Source: Actinomycetota bacterium (lineage in GTDB: Bacteria > Actinomycetota > CADDZG01 > JAHWKV01). From it: a stretch of DNA of 64,000 nt. Both the position numbers and the translations under genes were made by a program. The stretch's first letter is position 1. Each line of letters starts with the position of its first letter. The notes beneath the pieces were generated by a model, which searched no databases, had not been told where the DNA came from, and saw only the letters and a program-made list of their open reading frames with translations. The stretch lies in NCBI GenBank assembly GCA_030447305.1, contig JAUJPC010000001.1, forward strand, positions 263,998-327,997. Direction: 5' to 3'. Shown here piece after piece: positions 46,236 to 59,117 of the stretch.

Positions 46236-47255
46236 GTGACCTACATGATTCGAACGTCCGGTCTGGTCAAGCGCTACGGGGACGTGGTGGCGCTCGACGG
46301 TCTGGACCTGCTCGTGCCCCAGGGCGAGGTGCTCGGTCTGCTCGGCCCCAACGGAGCCGGCAAGACCACCGCGGTGCGTATCCTCACCACCCTGCTCGAG
46401 GCAGACTCGGGCGAGGCAGAGGTCGCCGGCCTGAACGTCCAGACGCAACCGGAGAAGGTCAAGGAGCGGATCGGTCTATCCGGACAGAACGCAGCCATCG
46501 ACGAGCACCTCACCGGATTCGAGAACCTGGACATGGTGGGGCGCATGTACCACCTGGGCCGCCGTCGTTCCCGGGAACGGGCTCGCGAGCTGTTGGAGCG
46601 CTTTAGCCTGACCGACGCGGGAGACCGTCCCGCCAAGACCTACTCCGGAGGCATGCGGCGCCGGCTGGACCTGGCCGCCGCTTTGGTTGCCGAACCCCAG
46701 GTTCTGTTCCTCGACGAGCCCACCACCGGACTGGACCCCCGCAGCCGCTCCCAGATGTGGGAGACCATTCAAGACCTGGTTCGCGGCGGCTCGACGGTTC
46801 TGCTCACCACCCAGTACATGGAGGAGGCGGACCAGCTTTGCGACGACATCGTGGTCATCGACAAGGGCCGCAAGATCGCCGAGGGAACCGCCGATCAGCT
46901 GAAGAAGCAGGTGGGTGGGGAACGGATCGAGGTGGTGCTGGTCGACCTTGCGGATCTGCCCGCCGCCGGGGCCGTCCTTCGCTCCTTGGCGGTGGACGAG
47001 GTGCAGATCGACGAGCCGTCCCGCCGGCTGACCGCCGGGGTGAGCGGCGGTGTGGATGACCTGAGGCTGGTGCTCCAGGGCCTGTCCGAAGCGGGGGTCG
47101 CGGTGGTCGACGTCGGCCTTCGACGCCCGACGCTGGACGATGTCTTTCTCTCTCTCACCGGGCACCACACCGAAGAAGAAGAGCCGGCCGCCGGCGACGC
47201 AAAGCCGGGCAAGGGTGCCAAAGTCAAGGACACCAAGAAGGAGGCAGTTCGATGA
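46236..47255 (+). CDS. ABC transporter ATP-binding protein (DrrA-like, ABC-2 subfamily)
   Basis: Walker A GPNGAGKTT, signature YSGGMRRRL and Walker B VLFLDEPTTGLD are present. Confidence 0.85.
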   Translation: MTYMIRTSGLVKRYGDVVALDGLDLLVPQGEVLGLLGPNGAGKTTAVRILTTLLEADSGEAEVAGLNVQTQPEKVKERIGLSGQNAAIDEHLTGFENLDMVGRMYHLGRRRSRERARELLERFSLTDAGDRPAKTYSGGMRRRLDLAAALVAEPQVLFLDEPTTGLDPRSRSQMWETIQDLVRGGSTVLLTTQYMEEADQLCDDIVVIDKGRKIAEGTADQLKKQVGGERIEVVLVDLADLPAAGAVLRSLAVDEVQIDEPSRRLTAGVSGGVDDLRLVLQGLSEAGVAVVDVGLRRPTLDDVFLSLTGHHTEEEEPAAGDAKPGKGAKVKDTKKEAVR

Positions 47256-48052
47256 GCTCACTGGCCCTGGCGCTGGCCGATGGCGCGGTGGTCGCCAAGC
47301 GCAACCTGATCAAGATCACGCGGGTCCCGGAGGTGCTGATCTGGACGACCATGTCCCCGATCATGTTCGTGCTGCTGTTCGCCTACGTGTTCGGCGGCTC
47401 CATCGAGATTGCGGGTGCCGACTACAAGGAGTATCTGATGGCCGGCATTTTCGCCCAGACCGTCATCTTCGGTTCCACCTTCACGGGGGCCGGGCTGGCC
47501 GAGGACATGACCAAGGGGATCATCGACCGCTTCCGGTCGCTGCCCATCTCCAAGGCTGCGGTCCTCATCGGCCGCACCGGTAGTGACATCTTCTACAACG
47601 CCATATCGATAGCGGTGATGTCGTTGACCGGCCTGGCGGTGGGCTGGCGCATCCGGACCTCGTTGGCCGAGGCCATTGCCGGCCTGCTCCTGCTGCTTCT
47701 GTTCTCCTATGCGGTGTCGTGGATCATGGCGTACGTCGGCCTCAAGGTGTCAAGCGTCGAGGTGGTCAACAACGCCAGCTTCATGTTCATCATGCCGCTG
47801 GTGTTCATCGCCAACACCTTCGTACCGAGCGACAACCTGCCCGGTCCGCTTCGAACCTTTGCCGAGTGGAACCCGATCTCAGCGCTGGCCCAGGCGGTTC
47901 GCGAGCTGTTCGGCAACACCGGCTCAAACCCGCCGGCAGACGTCTGGTCCCTGCAGAACCCGGTGCTATACACCCTGATCTCCGTGGCGGCGATTCTCGC
48001 GGTCTTTGTCCCGCTGTCGATTCGACAGTACGGCAAAGCTGCGGCCCGCTGA
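47252..48052 (+). CDS. ABC-2 type transporter permease (DrrB-like)
   Basis: Six TM helices are present and the start overlaps the ATPase stop. Confidence 0.8.
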   Translation: MSSLALALADGAVVAKRNLIKITRVPEVLIWTTMSPIMFVLLFAYVFGGSIEIAGADYKEYLMAGIFAQTVIFGSTFTGAGLAEDMTKGIIDRFRSLPISKAAVLIGRTGSDIFYNAISIAVMSLTGLAVGWRIRTSLAEAIAGLLLLLLFSYAVSWIMAYVGLKVSSVEVVNNASFMFIMPLVFIANTFVPSDNLPGPLRTFAEWNPISALAQAVRELFGNTGSNPPADVWSLQNPVLYTLISVAAILAVFVPLSIRQYGKAAAR

Positions 48053-48254
48053 GAGCGGGGAGTGATCTATCCAGTTGCGATCGAGATGCCGGAGTCAGCA
48101 GGAGCTCGACGAGCAGACGCTTGCGGAGGCCCTTGGTCAGCTTGGGAATGATGCTCTCCGCCTTCTTGGGCTTTGCCTCCTGCTGAATCCTTGTCAGCGC
48201 GGCGTCCTCAGAAAGGGACGGCATCAACAGCATGGTAACCCGTGTCGCCCGTAG

Positions 48255-49049
48255 TCATTCACTGCCGGCGAGCTCATCTCGTAAACCGGCTGCCCCCGCC
48301 TCCAACGCCCGGTGGACCTCCTTCCACGCCGTTTGGTCGAGGATCCCTGTGACTTCGTCCATGTAGATCTTTTTGATCTCGATGGCCAGTGGGCACGCTG
48401 CCGGGAACCGAGCCTTGATCCATCGAACCAGGTGCCCGCCTCTGAAGTTCACGTTCTCCCGGACGTCCAGAGGACGTCCGGCCACCTCGAAGCGGCGGAG
48501 ATCATCCATAAAGCGGTCGATCAACCGCCCATAGGCGCTGTGATCCGCCGCAACCGACCCTACGTTGATGTCCGGGTTCCTGGCCTGGTCCGCCGGTGGC
48601 AGGCCGGCACCGACCCTCCGGTGGTTGTAGGAGTGCAGGTCCAGGACCACGAATCTGCCCCACCGCTTGCGCGTGGCCTCCAGGAGGTCGAACAACTCCG
48701 AGTAGAAGCGGTCGTAGAGCGCAAGCGAGTCTGTGATCACCTGCTCGGGCACCGGCCCGGCGGAGACCTGCAGGTCCCAGCAGTCGATCGGAGCGGCGTA
48801 CACCGCACGTTCCCGCGGACGGTTGAGGTCGAACTCGAACCGGGAGCGGTGCACAACTATCCGGCTGTCGCCGACGGCAGTCCATTCGCCGGTGTAAGGG
48901 TCTTCCTCATAAAATCGCTGTTCCGCCGATAGCGCCATGTGCTCGGCCACGTCCGGCCGCAGCGCGTCACCTGCGTGGATCGCCGTGGCGATTACGGGCC
49001 CTTCACCGGACACGATGGTCCAGGGACTGGTGGCATTGTTAACCTTCAC
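48255..49049 (-). CDS. N-formylglutamate amidohydrolase family protein
   Basis: It matches the FGase family pattern (HAGD...E.D...LDLHS) and is 264 aa. Confidence 0.7.
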   Translation of the reverse strand: MKVNNATSPWTIVSGEGPVIATAIHAGDALRPDVAEHMALSAEQRFYEEDPYTGEWTAVGDSRIVVHRSRFEFDLNRPRERAVYAAPIDCWDLQVSAGPVPEQVITDSLALYDRFYSELFDLLEATRKRWGRFVVLDLHSYNHRRVGAGLPPADQARNPDINVGSVAADHSAYGRLIDRFMDDLRRFEVAGRPLDVRENVNFRGGHLVRWIKARFPAACPLAIEIKKIYMDEVTGILDQTAWKEVHRALEAGAAGLRDELAGSE

Positions 49050-49259
49050 CCCTAGCTCTTTCCCGATGAACCGGCAGATTGCACCTGGTTACGGGGCGCA
49101 ATCAGTCGCCCGCCGTGCGAGCCTCGATGCCATCGCCGTAACCGAGGACACACTCAGTTACCAGGCCACCATGACGATCGGCGGTAAGACGGTGCGGACC
49201 TACGGCGCCTGGATGCTGAAAGAAGGCAAGATCTGGCGCCAGGTAACCGGCCTGCTCGG

Positions 49260-49580
49260 CTAAGCGGTTGCCTCGGCGACACTTTTGCGGACGGTCAGGA
49301 TCTGATCCAGGCCGGTGAGGTTGAGGATCCTGCGCATCTGCTTGTTGGGCGACACCAGCGCCAGCCCCCCCTCATGACCCTTCAACCGCTTATGGGCCCC
49401 CACTATGACCCCGAGACCACTGGAGTCCATGAACTCAACCGCCTGCACATCGACCGCGATGCGGTAGTGCCCGTCGTCCACCGCCTTGTTAACCGCCTCG
49501 CGCAGCATGGCGCAGGTATATACGTCAACCTCGCCGGCCAGCTCGAGGACGGTCCAGTCGCCGGCCTTGCGGGAATCGAT
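49260..49580 (-). CDS. STAS-domain anti-sigma-factor antagonist (RsbV/SpoIIAA-like); start codon unclear
   Basis: The phosphorylatable-Ser region FMDSSGLGVIV is present. Homology extends upstream of the first ATG (IELKIDSRKAGDWTVLELAGEVD), but no canonical start codon is found there. Confidence 0.7.
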   Translation of the reverse strand: MDSRKAGDWTVLELAGEVDVYTCAMLREAVNKAVDDGHYRIAVDVQAVEFMDSSGLGVIVGAHKRLKGHEGGLALVSPNKQMRRILNLTGLDQILTVRKSVAEATA

Positions 49581-49588
49581 CTTGAGCT

Positions 49589-50935
49589 CTATGGCTTCCT
49601 CCCTGTGCCGCCACTCAGACTACGGACGCCGGCCAGAGGGCGGGCGTCCGGCTCAACTCGTATCACCAATATCGCCATGTCGTCATGCGACAAGTGGGTC
49701 TGGAAGTCAAGGACCGCGCTTTCAAGGTGGTCGGCGATGTCCACGGCCCCCAGGCCGGTGCACTTGGCGAGCTCCTCCTCCAGCCGGCTCTGATTGAATC
49801 GTCCCTCCAGTCCACGTGCCTCTGTTACCCCGTCCGTGTACAGAACCAACGATTCCCCGGGATGAACCTGAATAACCTGGTCGGTGAGGTTGGGCTCTGG
49901 CGTCACGCCTATGAGGGTGCCCGGCCTGCCCAGCGCTACGACCCTGCCGTCGCGGCGCAGCAGGAGGGGCGGGGGGTGGCCGGCCCGGCCGAGGCTCAGC
50001 TGAATGCCGTCTTGGGTGGGTCTGATCCTGCAGTAGGCCACGGTGATGAAGCGCTGATAAGCGCCCTGGATGACCAGGTGGTTCAGGAAAGCCAGAATCC
50101 TGCTCGGTTTCCGGAGGTTGACGTTGGCCGCACGGATAGTGTGGCGGGCCAGAGCCGACAAAGCGGCGGCTTCGGCCCCCTTTCCGCATACGTCCCCTAT
50201 GACGGCGGCCCAGCCCTCGTCTTTGGAGCCGGTCGGGAACACGTCGTAGAAGTCGCCGCCGACCTCCGCACCCTCGCCTCCTGCGCGGTAGCGAGCCGCA
50301 ATGTCCAACCCCGGTATCACCGGAAGGCCGGCCGGCATCAGGCTTTTCTGCAGGGTTATCGCCATGTCCCGGCTTGACTCGAACAGCTTGGCGTTGTCGA
50401 GGGCCAGGGCGGCCCGGCGGGCGAGGTCTTCAGCCACGTCGGGAACGATTACAAACTCGGCATAGGAGTCCTCCCGCCCGATGAGCGTAAGTGCCCCCAG
50501 GCACGAGCGGGCAACGATCGGGACGCTGAGCGACCATCGGAGGTTCCGCGACTCCAGATGGGCGAAGTTCTCTTCGCTGCCGGCGAGGACCTGCAGCTCG
50601 TAGTCGGTTGCGCTGGGGATCAGGACCGGCTCCCCCAAAAGGACGACCCGAGATGCCGGGTGGTGCGTATCCGGGACAGGGCTCACCTTCTCCATCGACT
50701 CCGCGACCTCCTCCTCGATTGCCCGGGCCGCCACCCGACTCAGCTTTCCAGCCGAGTCGACCATGTCGATAAGGCACAAATCTGCGAGGGCGGGTACCGC
50801 CAGTCTGCCCAGGGCCTCGATTGCCGAGGCAGAGTCCAGTGAGGCCGAGAGCATAGTGCTGGCGGTGAGCAGGAAGCGGTATCGCTGCTCGGCCAGCTCG
50901 GCTTCTGTGCGGACGGGCGACTTGTTCATCGTCAT
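49589..50935 (-). CDS. GAF domain-containing PP2C/SpoIIE-family serine phosphatase (RsbU/RsbP-like)
   Basis: An N-terminal GAF domain is followed by GGDFYDV...GDVCGKG...LVLYTDGVTEA PP2C motifs. Confidence 0.8.
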   Translation of the reverse strand: MTMNKSPVRTEAELAEQRYRFLLTASTMLSASLDSASAIEALGRLAVPALADLCLIDMVDSAGKLSRVAARAIEEEVAESMEKVSPVPDTHHPASRVVLLGEPVLIPSATDYELQVLAGSEENFAHLESRNLRWSLSVPIVARSCLGALTLIGREDSYAEFVIVPDVAEDLARRAALALDNAKLFESSRDMAITLQKSLMPAGLPVIPGLDIAARYRAGGEGAEVGGDFYDVFPTGSKDEGWAAVIGDVCGKGAEAAALSALARHTIRAANVNLRKPSRILAFLNHLVIQGAYQRFITVAYCRIRPTQDGIQLSLGRAGHPPPLLLRRDGRVVALGRPGTLIGVTPEPNLTDQVIQVHPGESLVLYTDGVTEARGLEGRFNQSRLEEELAKCTGLGAVDIADHLESAVLDFQTHLSHDDMAILVIRVEPDARPLAGVRSLSGGTGRKP

Positions 50936-51022
50936 GGGCTTGGGTTCACTCTCCGACTATTTTGCCCGAAAGGGGTGTTGCCTCCGCAAGAGTGCCATGG
51001 GACTGCGGAGATGATCGATTGT

Positions 51023-51646
51023 CTAGCTGCGGCCCAGGTAACGCGCTACCAGAATCAGGGCATCGTCCCTGCCCATCCAATGCTTCTCGATGATGTTGTC
51101 GGCGATCTGCTGCACGGGACCGCTCAACATGAACTCATCATGAAAGCTGCAGCTTATGCCGTCGGTCGACAGGATTATCAGGTCGCCCCGGGTAACGGGC
51201 AGGGTGGTGCTGCGGAACTTCGGAAGTGCGTACCCCACCACGCCACCCCGCAGGGGCGGAGCCTGCCGCACGAGCGTGTGGCCGGCAACGGCCGGCCAGA
51301 TTCTGCCCTCCACGTTGCCGACGCCCATCCAGGTGAGCTTCTCCTGGTGCTCGTTGATGTGCACCAGGGTCATCACGGCGCCCCGGGTCCCCCTCAGGGC
51401 CCTGTGGCAGTGTTCCAGCACTATCTCGATCGGTTCACCCGCGCACTTCACCACGGTGCCCCGTGCAATCGAAGCGGCTCGAGCAGCTTCAACGCCGTGA
51501 CCCAGACCGTCGATCACCGCGATCAGGGCGCCGCCGTGGACCGGTTCGACCACGCTCAAATCTCCGGATTCTCGCTCACCCGGAAGAGTACGCCCGGCGA
51601 CCGCGCAGTTGAGAAAGGCCGGTCCGGTCAAAGCCCTCGCGTCCAT
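51023..51646 (-). CDS. RsbX-like PP2C feedback phosphatase
   Basis: It is 207 aa with GDLSVV...AVIDGLGHG...ILSTDGI, matching the layout of B. subtilis RsbX. Confidence 0.7.
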   Translation of the reverse strand: MDARALTGPAFLNCAVAGRTLPGERESGDLSVVEPVHGGALIAVIDGLGHGVEAARAASIARGTVVKCAGEPIEIVLEHCHRALRGTRGAVMTLVHINEHQEKLTWMGVGNVEGRIWPAVAGHTLVRQAPPLRGGVVGYALPKFRSTTLPVTRGDLIILSTDGISCSFHDEFMLSGPVQQIADNIIEKHWMGRDDALILVARYLGRS

Positions 51647-52047
51647 TTCTTCATCACCACCGTCGTGCCTTCGGAGACCCCCGAGGAGATCGCAAACTCG
51701 TCCATGAGCCTGCGGGCGCCCGGAAGTCCCAGTCCCATGCCCGAGCCCGTCGTGTAACCATCGCGCATTGCCAGGTCCACGTCGGGAATTCCGGGGCCTG
51801 AGTCGCTGGCTACCACCTGCACTCCCACCCTGCCTCTATCGGAGATGGCCGACACAACGACCTCGCCCTCCACCGCGTACCGGATGATGTTGCGTGCCAC
51901 CTCCGAGATGGCTGTGGAGATCATCGTCAGGTCACTGCCGGCGAATCCGACCTTCTCGGCGATCTTCCGGCCGGTTTGGCGCGCGAGCAGAACGTCGGAG
52001 TCGGACCCGATCTTTATGATCGCCTCACCGTGGTGGTTGGCGGTCAG
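51628..52047 (-). CDS. rsbT: RsbT-like switch serine kinase (GHKL); start codon non-canonical or unclear
   Basis: It aligns with RsbT (SDSDVLLARQ...ISTAISEVARNIIRYA...ASDSGPGIPD...GMGLGLPGARRLMDEF...GTTV..KKW). Homology begins 41 codons before the first ATG, immediately after the rsbS stop. Confidence 0.7.
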   Translation of the reverse strand: MTANHHGEAIIKIGSDSDVLLARQTGRKIAEKVGFAGSDLTMISTAISEVARNIIRYAVEGEVVVSAISDRGRVGVQVVASDSGPGIPDVDLAMRDGYTTGSGMGLGLPGARRLMDEFAISSGVSEGTTVVMKKWTRGL

Positions 52048-52394
52048 ATCAGCTGGTCGAGGAATGCGAGGCCCTCCTCTAGGTCCAGTGCGGTGTTGAC
52101 CTCCTCCAGGCTGGTGCCAAGCTGGACCATCGCGTAGGCGACATCAGCCTGGATGCCCACAAGGACGGTCTCGGCACCTCGCAGCTTGGTCATGTAGGCG
52201 ATGTTTCGAAGAGATCTGGATGCGTACGAGTCCATCACGTCGAGGGCCGTGACGTCGATGATGATCCCGCGGGACCGGTAACGGCCGACCTGTTCCATTA
52301 GATCCTCGCGCAGCGAGACCATGTCGCTGTCGGTCAACGCGGACTGGATGGACGCGATCAGGTACTTGCCCTGTTTGAGGATCGGAACCGCCAT
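52044..52394 (-). CDS. rsbS: RsbS-like STAS-domain stressosome scaffold/antagonist
   Basis: It is 116 aa with the STAS core (IIDVTALDVMDSYASRSL) and the gene order rsbR-rsbS-rsbT. Confidence 0.8.
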   Translation of the reverse strand: MAVPILKQGKYLIASIQSALTDSDMVSLREDLMEQVGRYRSRGIIIDVTALDVMDSYASRSLRNIAYMTKLRGAETVLVGIQADVAYAMVQLGTSLEEVNTALDLEEGLAFLDQLI

Positions 52395-52423
52395 GCTCCA
52401 GCCTTTCCTTTAGGGCCGGGCCG

Positions 52424-53311
52424 TCAACGTAGCTCTGCTGCCAGTGACTCCACACGGCGTACCTCGTAGCCCAGAAGGCGCTCAGCCTCCTCGATACCTC
52501 CTTGAAGGTCTCCGACCGCGTTCATCTTGCTGAGGTCCACTCCGATGGTGACGAGCGTCTGCGCAATCTCGGACGATAGGCCGGTGATGATCACGCTGGC
52601 GCCCATGAGGCGGGAGGCCTCCACAGTCTGCACCAGGTTGTTGGCGACGGTGGAGTCGATCTGCGGCACACCGGTGATGTCGATAACCACGACCTTTGCC
52701 CGGTTCGTCCGGATGCCCCGCAGAAGCTGCTCGGTGACCTGGCGGGCCCGCTGGGAGTCCAGCACCCCGATGATCGGCAGAATGAGCAGCCGCTCCCGCA
52801 CTTGAAGAACAGGCGTTGAGAGCTCCCGGATGGCTTCCTGCTGCTGGCGGATGACCCGCTCCCGCTCCTGGACGAAGGAGACGCCCACGGTGTTGGCGAT
52901 CCGGTTGGCCGCCGGCTCGTACACGTCCAGGACCCGGTTGAGCAGGTCGAAATCTGCCTGGTACTTCTCGAAGAGGCTGCGAGCCAGAACGTCTCGAAGC
53001 AAAAGGACGATGCCGAGGACCTCGTGAGTCTCGACTCCCCGGGGAATGATTCGCTCCGACAGGTTTCGGGCGTAGTCCTGAAGCGCTTCGACGCTGCCGG
53101 TCTCCAGCACCTCGACATAGTTGTCGTACACCGAGGTGGCCTCAGAAAAAATCTCCTCCGGCGTCATGGCGGTCAGCAGCTGAGCATCGGTGATTCGGCG
53201 GGCCCACTCCTCCCGGAGCTGGGTGCGGTTCTCCCTCAGGTGGGCAACCAGCTCCCGAAGCAGTGCGTGTATGCGGTCGGGCTCGTTCTGTGGGCTAACT
53301 CGTTCAGGCAT
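52424..53311 (-). CDS. rsbR: RsbR-like stressosome sensor (N-terminal non-haem globin-like domain plus C-terminal STAS)
   Basis: The C-terminal STAS reads VVVIDITGVPQIDSTVANNLVQ. The internal Met MPERV was chosen as the start and the upstream 48 codons were not counted. Confidence 0.7.
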   Translation of the reverse strand: MPERVSPQNEPDRIHALLRELVAHLRENRTQLREEWARRITDAQLLTAMTPEEIFSEATSVYDNYVEVLETGSVEALQDYARNLSERIIPRGVETHEVLGIVLLLRDVLARSLFEKYQADFDLLNRVLDVYEPAANRIANTVGVSFVQERERVIRQQQEAIRELSTPVLQVRERLLILPIIGVLDSQRARQVTEQLLRGIRTNRAKVVVIDITGVPQIDSTVANNLVQTVEASRLMGASVIITGLSSEIAQTLVTIGVDLSKMNAVGDLQGGIEEAERLLGYEVRRVESLAAELR

Positions 53312-53786
53312 ACGGTGCTTCCTCCGGGAGCCGGGGCGTGCTGCAACCGTCAGGATCTTTACCTTCAACGGTTGCGCGATCCACCACACAAGTGTCGGTG
53401 GCCACGCTCCGAATCTACACCAAAAAGCTAATGAAGGATCATCTGGCTTAACCACTGCTTTTTGCGGGGATGTGCCTTCAGGAGGTGAAAATTCGTTTGG
53501 CGACTTCTCTTACTGGTAACAACCTGACTTAGCGCCTTGCAATGAGAACGTGGCGGCCCCCACAAGGAAGGTTGACAACCGGCACGTCCTTGAAGGCGGG
53601 AGAAAGGCAGAAAGAAGGAACAAGACGGCTCCGGGCTCAGGTGGTTCGGTCGGTCGTTGCTCAGCTTCACCAATGAGCGGAGTGTTCCGAGAAAAAGTTT
53701 GACTGGTTGCCGGCAATCATGAGTGTGAACTCGGCCAATTCTGGCTCACGGTCGCAAGGGCCCGCATACCTAGGAGGCCTCGGGCG

Positions 53787-54209
53787 GTGAAACCGCTGAT
53801 TGATGTGAGTCTGCAGGCTCGGCCGACGGCCGCGTCCGACGCGAGAAGGAGCCTGTCGGTGCTTGCGGGTCAGGTCCCCAAGGATACCTATGAGGATGTC
53901 CGGATCCTCGTCAGCGAGCTGGTAACCAACAGCGTCAGGCACTCGGGCTTGGGCAGCGGGGAAGACATTCAAGTTCGGCTTGGAGTCTGGAAGCAAGCAA
54001 CCCGCCTGCGGGTTGAGGTGGCAGACGCCGGGCCCGGCTTCGAGAAGTTCGTCCGGCCTTCGACGCCGGACCAGCTGGGAGGCTGGGGACTGCAGATAGT
54101 CGACCGCATCTCGGACCGGTGGGGGGTCAAACGGGTCAACTCCGCAGGGTCCGCGGTCTGGTTTGAGATCGACCTGAATCCGTCAAGGAACGGCAGCAAT
54201 TCACCCTAA
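53787..54209 (+). CDS. RsbW/SpoIIAB-like anti-sigma factor serine kinase (HATPase_c)
   Basis: It is 140 aa with the N-box VSELVTNSVRHS and G-boxes ADAGPGF...GGWGLQIV. It has a GTG start preceded by aggagg. Confidence 0.65.
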   Translation: MKPLIDVSLQARPTAASDARRSLSVLAGQVPKDTYEDVRILVSELVTNSVRHSGLGSGEDIQVRLGVWKQATRLRVEVADAGPGFEKFVRPSTPDQLGGWGLQIVDRISDRWGVKRVNSAGSAVWFEIDLNPSRNGSNSP

Positions 54210-54295
54210 GGGGTAATTTAGTGTCCCCTAGGTGAGGTTGGATGTCGACACAAGTGTAAAACGTCCTCGCCGCCCATCACGGACAGGATGGAACA

Positions 54296-56408
<2,113 letters not shown>

Positions 56409-56416
<8 letters not shown>

Positions 56417-59081
56417 TCCGCCCCGTATCCCCTCCTCGACCTATCGCGTTCAACTAACCCCCGACTTCGGGTTGTACGACGTGGCAGAGATAACCCCCTA
56501 TCTGGCCGCCCTGGGCGTAACTCACCTGTACTGCTCCCCATATCTTCAGGCTGCCAGGGGCAGCAATCACGGGTACGACGTGGTGGATCCCACCCGGGTC
56601 AACGAAGAGCTGGGAGAGGAGCCCGCCCGCCGGCGAATGGTCACGGCGCTGGAGGCCAACGGACTGGGACAGGTCCTTGACGTCGTGCCCAACCACATGG
56701 CCATCGGCGGGCGGTCCAACCGCTGGTGGTGGGACGTCCTGGAGAACGGGCGGGCCAGCGCCTATGCGGGCTACTTCGACGTCGACTGGAACCCGCCCGA
56801 GGCCAAGCTGCGCAACCGGGTGCTCATCGCGATCCTGGGGGACCATTACGGCCGGGTCCTGGAAGCCGGCGAGATTCGGGTGGTCCGGCATGGCGCCGAG
56901 TTCACGATCGCCTACTACGACCACGTCCTTCCGGTGGCGCCGCCGTCGCTGGAGCCGGTCCTGGCTTCGGCCGCCCGACGGTGCAACCGCGCAGAGCTGG
57001 AGTCGCTTGCCGCCGCTTTCGGGCGCCTGCCAAAGGCCACCGAATCGGACGAAGAGCTTATCCACGAGCGACTCAGGGACAAGGAGGTGCTGAAGACCCG
57101 GCTGGAGGACCTGATCAATGCCGACGCGGAGCTTCAGGAGGCCGTCGACCATGCTTTGAGGGAGCTGAATGAGGACCTGGACGCTCTCGACGCCCTGCTG
57201 GAACGGCAGAGCTACCGGCTTGCCTACTGGCGCACCGCCGTCGCGGAGCTGGATTACCGGCGTTTCTTCGATGTGAACACCCTCGTGGGGGTGCGCCAAG
57301 AGGTTGCCGAGGTTTTTGAGGCCAGCCACGGCCTGGCCCTGCAGTGGGTGGCCGACGGAAGCATCGACGGCCTGCGGATCGACCATCCCGACGGCCTGAG
57401 GGACCCGCAGGAATACCTCTCCAGGCTGGCGGAGCGGGCTCCTGGCGCGTGGATGGTGGTGGAAAAGATCCTGAAGCCGGGGGAGCGCCTGCCGGAGACC
57501 TGGCCGGTGGCCGGCACCACGGGCTACGACTTCATGAACCGGCTGACCGGCCTTTTCGTCGATCGGTCGGCAGAGGTGGAGCTGACCGACCTTTACCGGG
57601 AGCTCACCTTGGAGCAGTCCGACTGGGAGGAGGTGGTCCGGGAGCGCAAGCACCAGGTTCTGCGGGAGATCCTGACCGCCGAGCTCGCCCGGCTGAGCGG
57701 CATCTTTGTGAACGTCTGCGAGCAGCACCGCCGTTACCGTGACTACACCCGCTACGAGCTCAGCCAGTCACTGACGGAGGTGCTTGCCTGCTTCCCCGTG
57801 TACCGCTCCTACATCAAACCGGGGGAGACCATCAGCTGGCAGGACCTGAAGTTCGTCGTGCAGGCGGTCGAGGCGGCGAAGGCCAGGCGCTCCGACCTGG
57901 ACCCGGACCTGTTCGGATTTCTGGAAAGCCTTCTCCTGCTGCAGGTGCCGGTTTCGGAAGACGAAGGATCTCCGGAGCTTGAGCTCGTAATGCGGTTCCA
58001 GCAGCTCTCGGGTGCGGTTATGGCGAAGGGAGTGGAGGACACATCCTTTTATAACTACAACCGGTTCGTGGCCCTTAACGAAGTGGGAGGGAACCCCGGC
58101 AAGTTCGGGCTGTCTGCCGGCGAGTTCCACCAGGCCTGCCAGGAGGCGCAGGATTTGTGGTCCCAGAGCATGCTCTCCTCCTCCACGCACGACACCAAAC
58201 GCTCCGAGGACGTCCGGGCCCGGCTGGCGGTGCTTTCGGAGATTCCGCAAGCGTGGGGCGATGCGGTCAGGCAGTGGATGAAGCACAACGAGAGCCACCG
58301 GGGTCCCGACAACTCGGTCGACCGCAACATCGAGTACCTGCTGTATCAGGTGATGGTGGGGGCATGGCCGCTGACGAAGGACCGGGCCGTGGCCTACATT
58401 CAAAAGGCGTCAAAGGAGGCCAAGACCCACACCTGCTGGCTGGCCCCCAACGCCGCGTACGACGAGGCGCTTCAGCGCTTCGTGGAGGACCTGTTCGACG
58501 ACGACGAGTTCCAGCGGATGCTCGAGGACTTCGTCACCCCGATTGTGGACCCGGGAAGGGTCAACTCCCTCGCTCAGACACTGCTGAAGCTGACGGCCCC
58601 GGGCATACCCGACACCTATCAGGGGACGGAGCTGTGGGACCTGAGCCTGGTGGACCCTGACAACCGGCGGCCGGTGGACTATGCGGTTCGAACCCGGATG
58701 CTGCAGGAGATGGAGGGGATGAGCGTGGACGGCATCCTGGCCGGAATGGAGGAGGGCCTTCCGAAGCTGTATCTGATAAAGAAGGCTCTTGAGCTTCGGG
58801 CTCAGCTTCCGGAGGCCTTCGCGGGAGACGCCAGCTACGAGCCGCTCGAGGTTTCGGGAGCGCAGGCTCCCCGGGTGGTCGGCTTCCAGCGTTGGGGCGT
58901 GGTTGCGACCGTGGTTCCCCGGCTGTCGATGAGCCGGCAAGGCTGGCTGGACACCGCGGTCAAGATTCCGGACGGCGTCTGGAGAAACCAGCTTACCGGC
59001 GACCGGATGTCCGGCGGAGAGGTCAGGATCGGCGACCTGCTGGCCCGCTTTCCGGTCGCCCTCCTTCGGCTCGAGTCGTAG
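56409..59081 (+). CDS. treY: malto-oligosyltrehalose synthase TreY
   Basis: It opens TYRVQLTPDFGLYD... with LGVTHLYCSPY..., and has GLRIDHPDGL and the long C-terminal domain. The GTG start overlaps the glgX stop (GTGACTAG). Confidence 0.9.
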
Positions 59082-59117
59082 TGGACCCGTCTCGCAACGC
59101 CTGCTGGGCCAGCCGAC

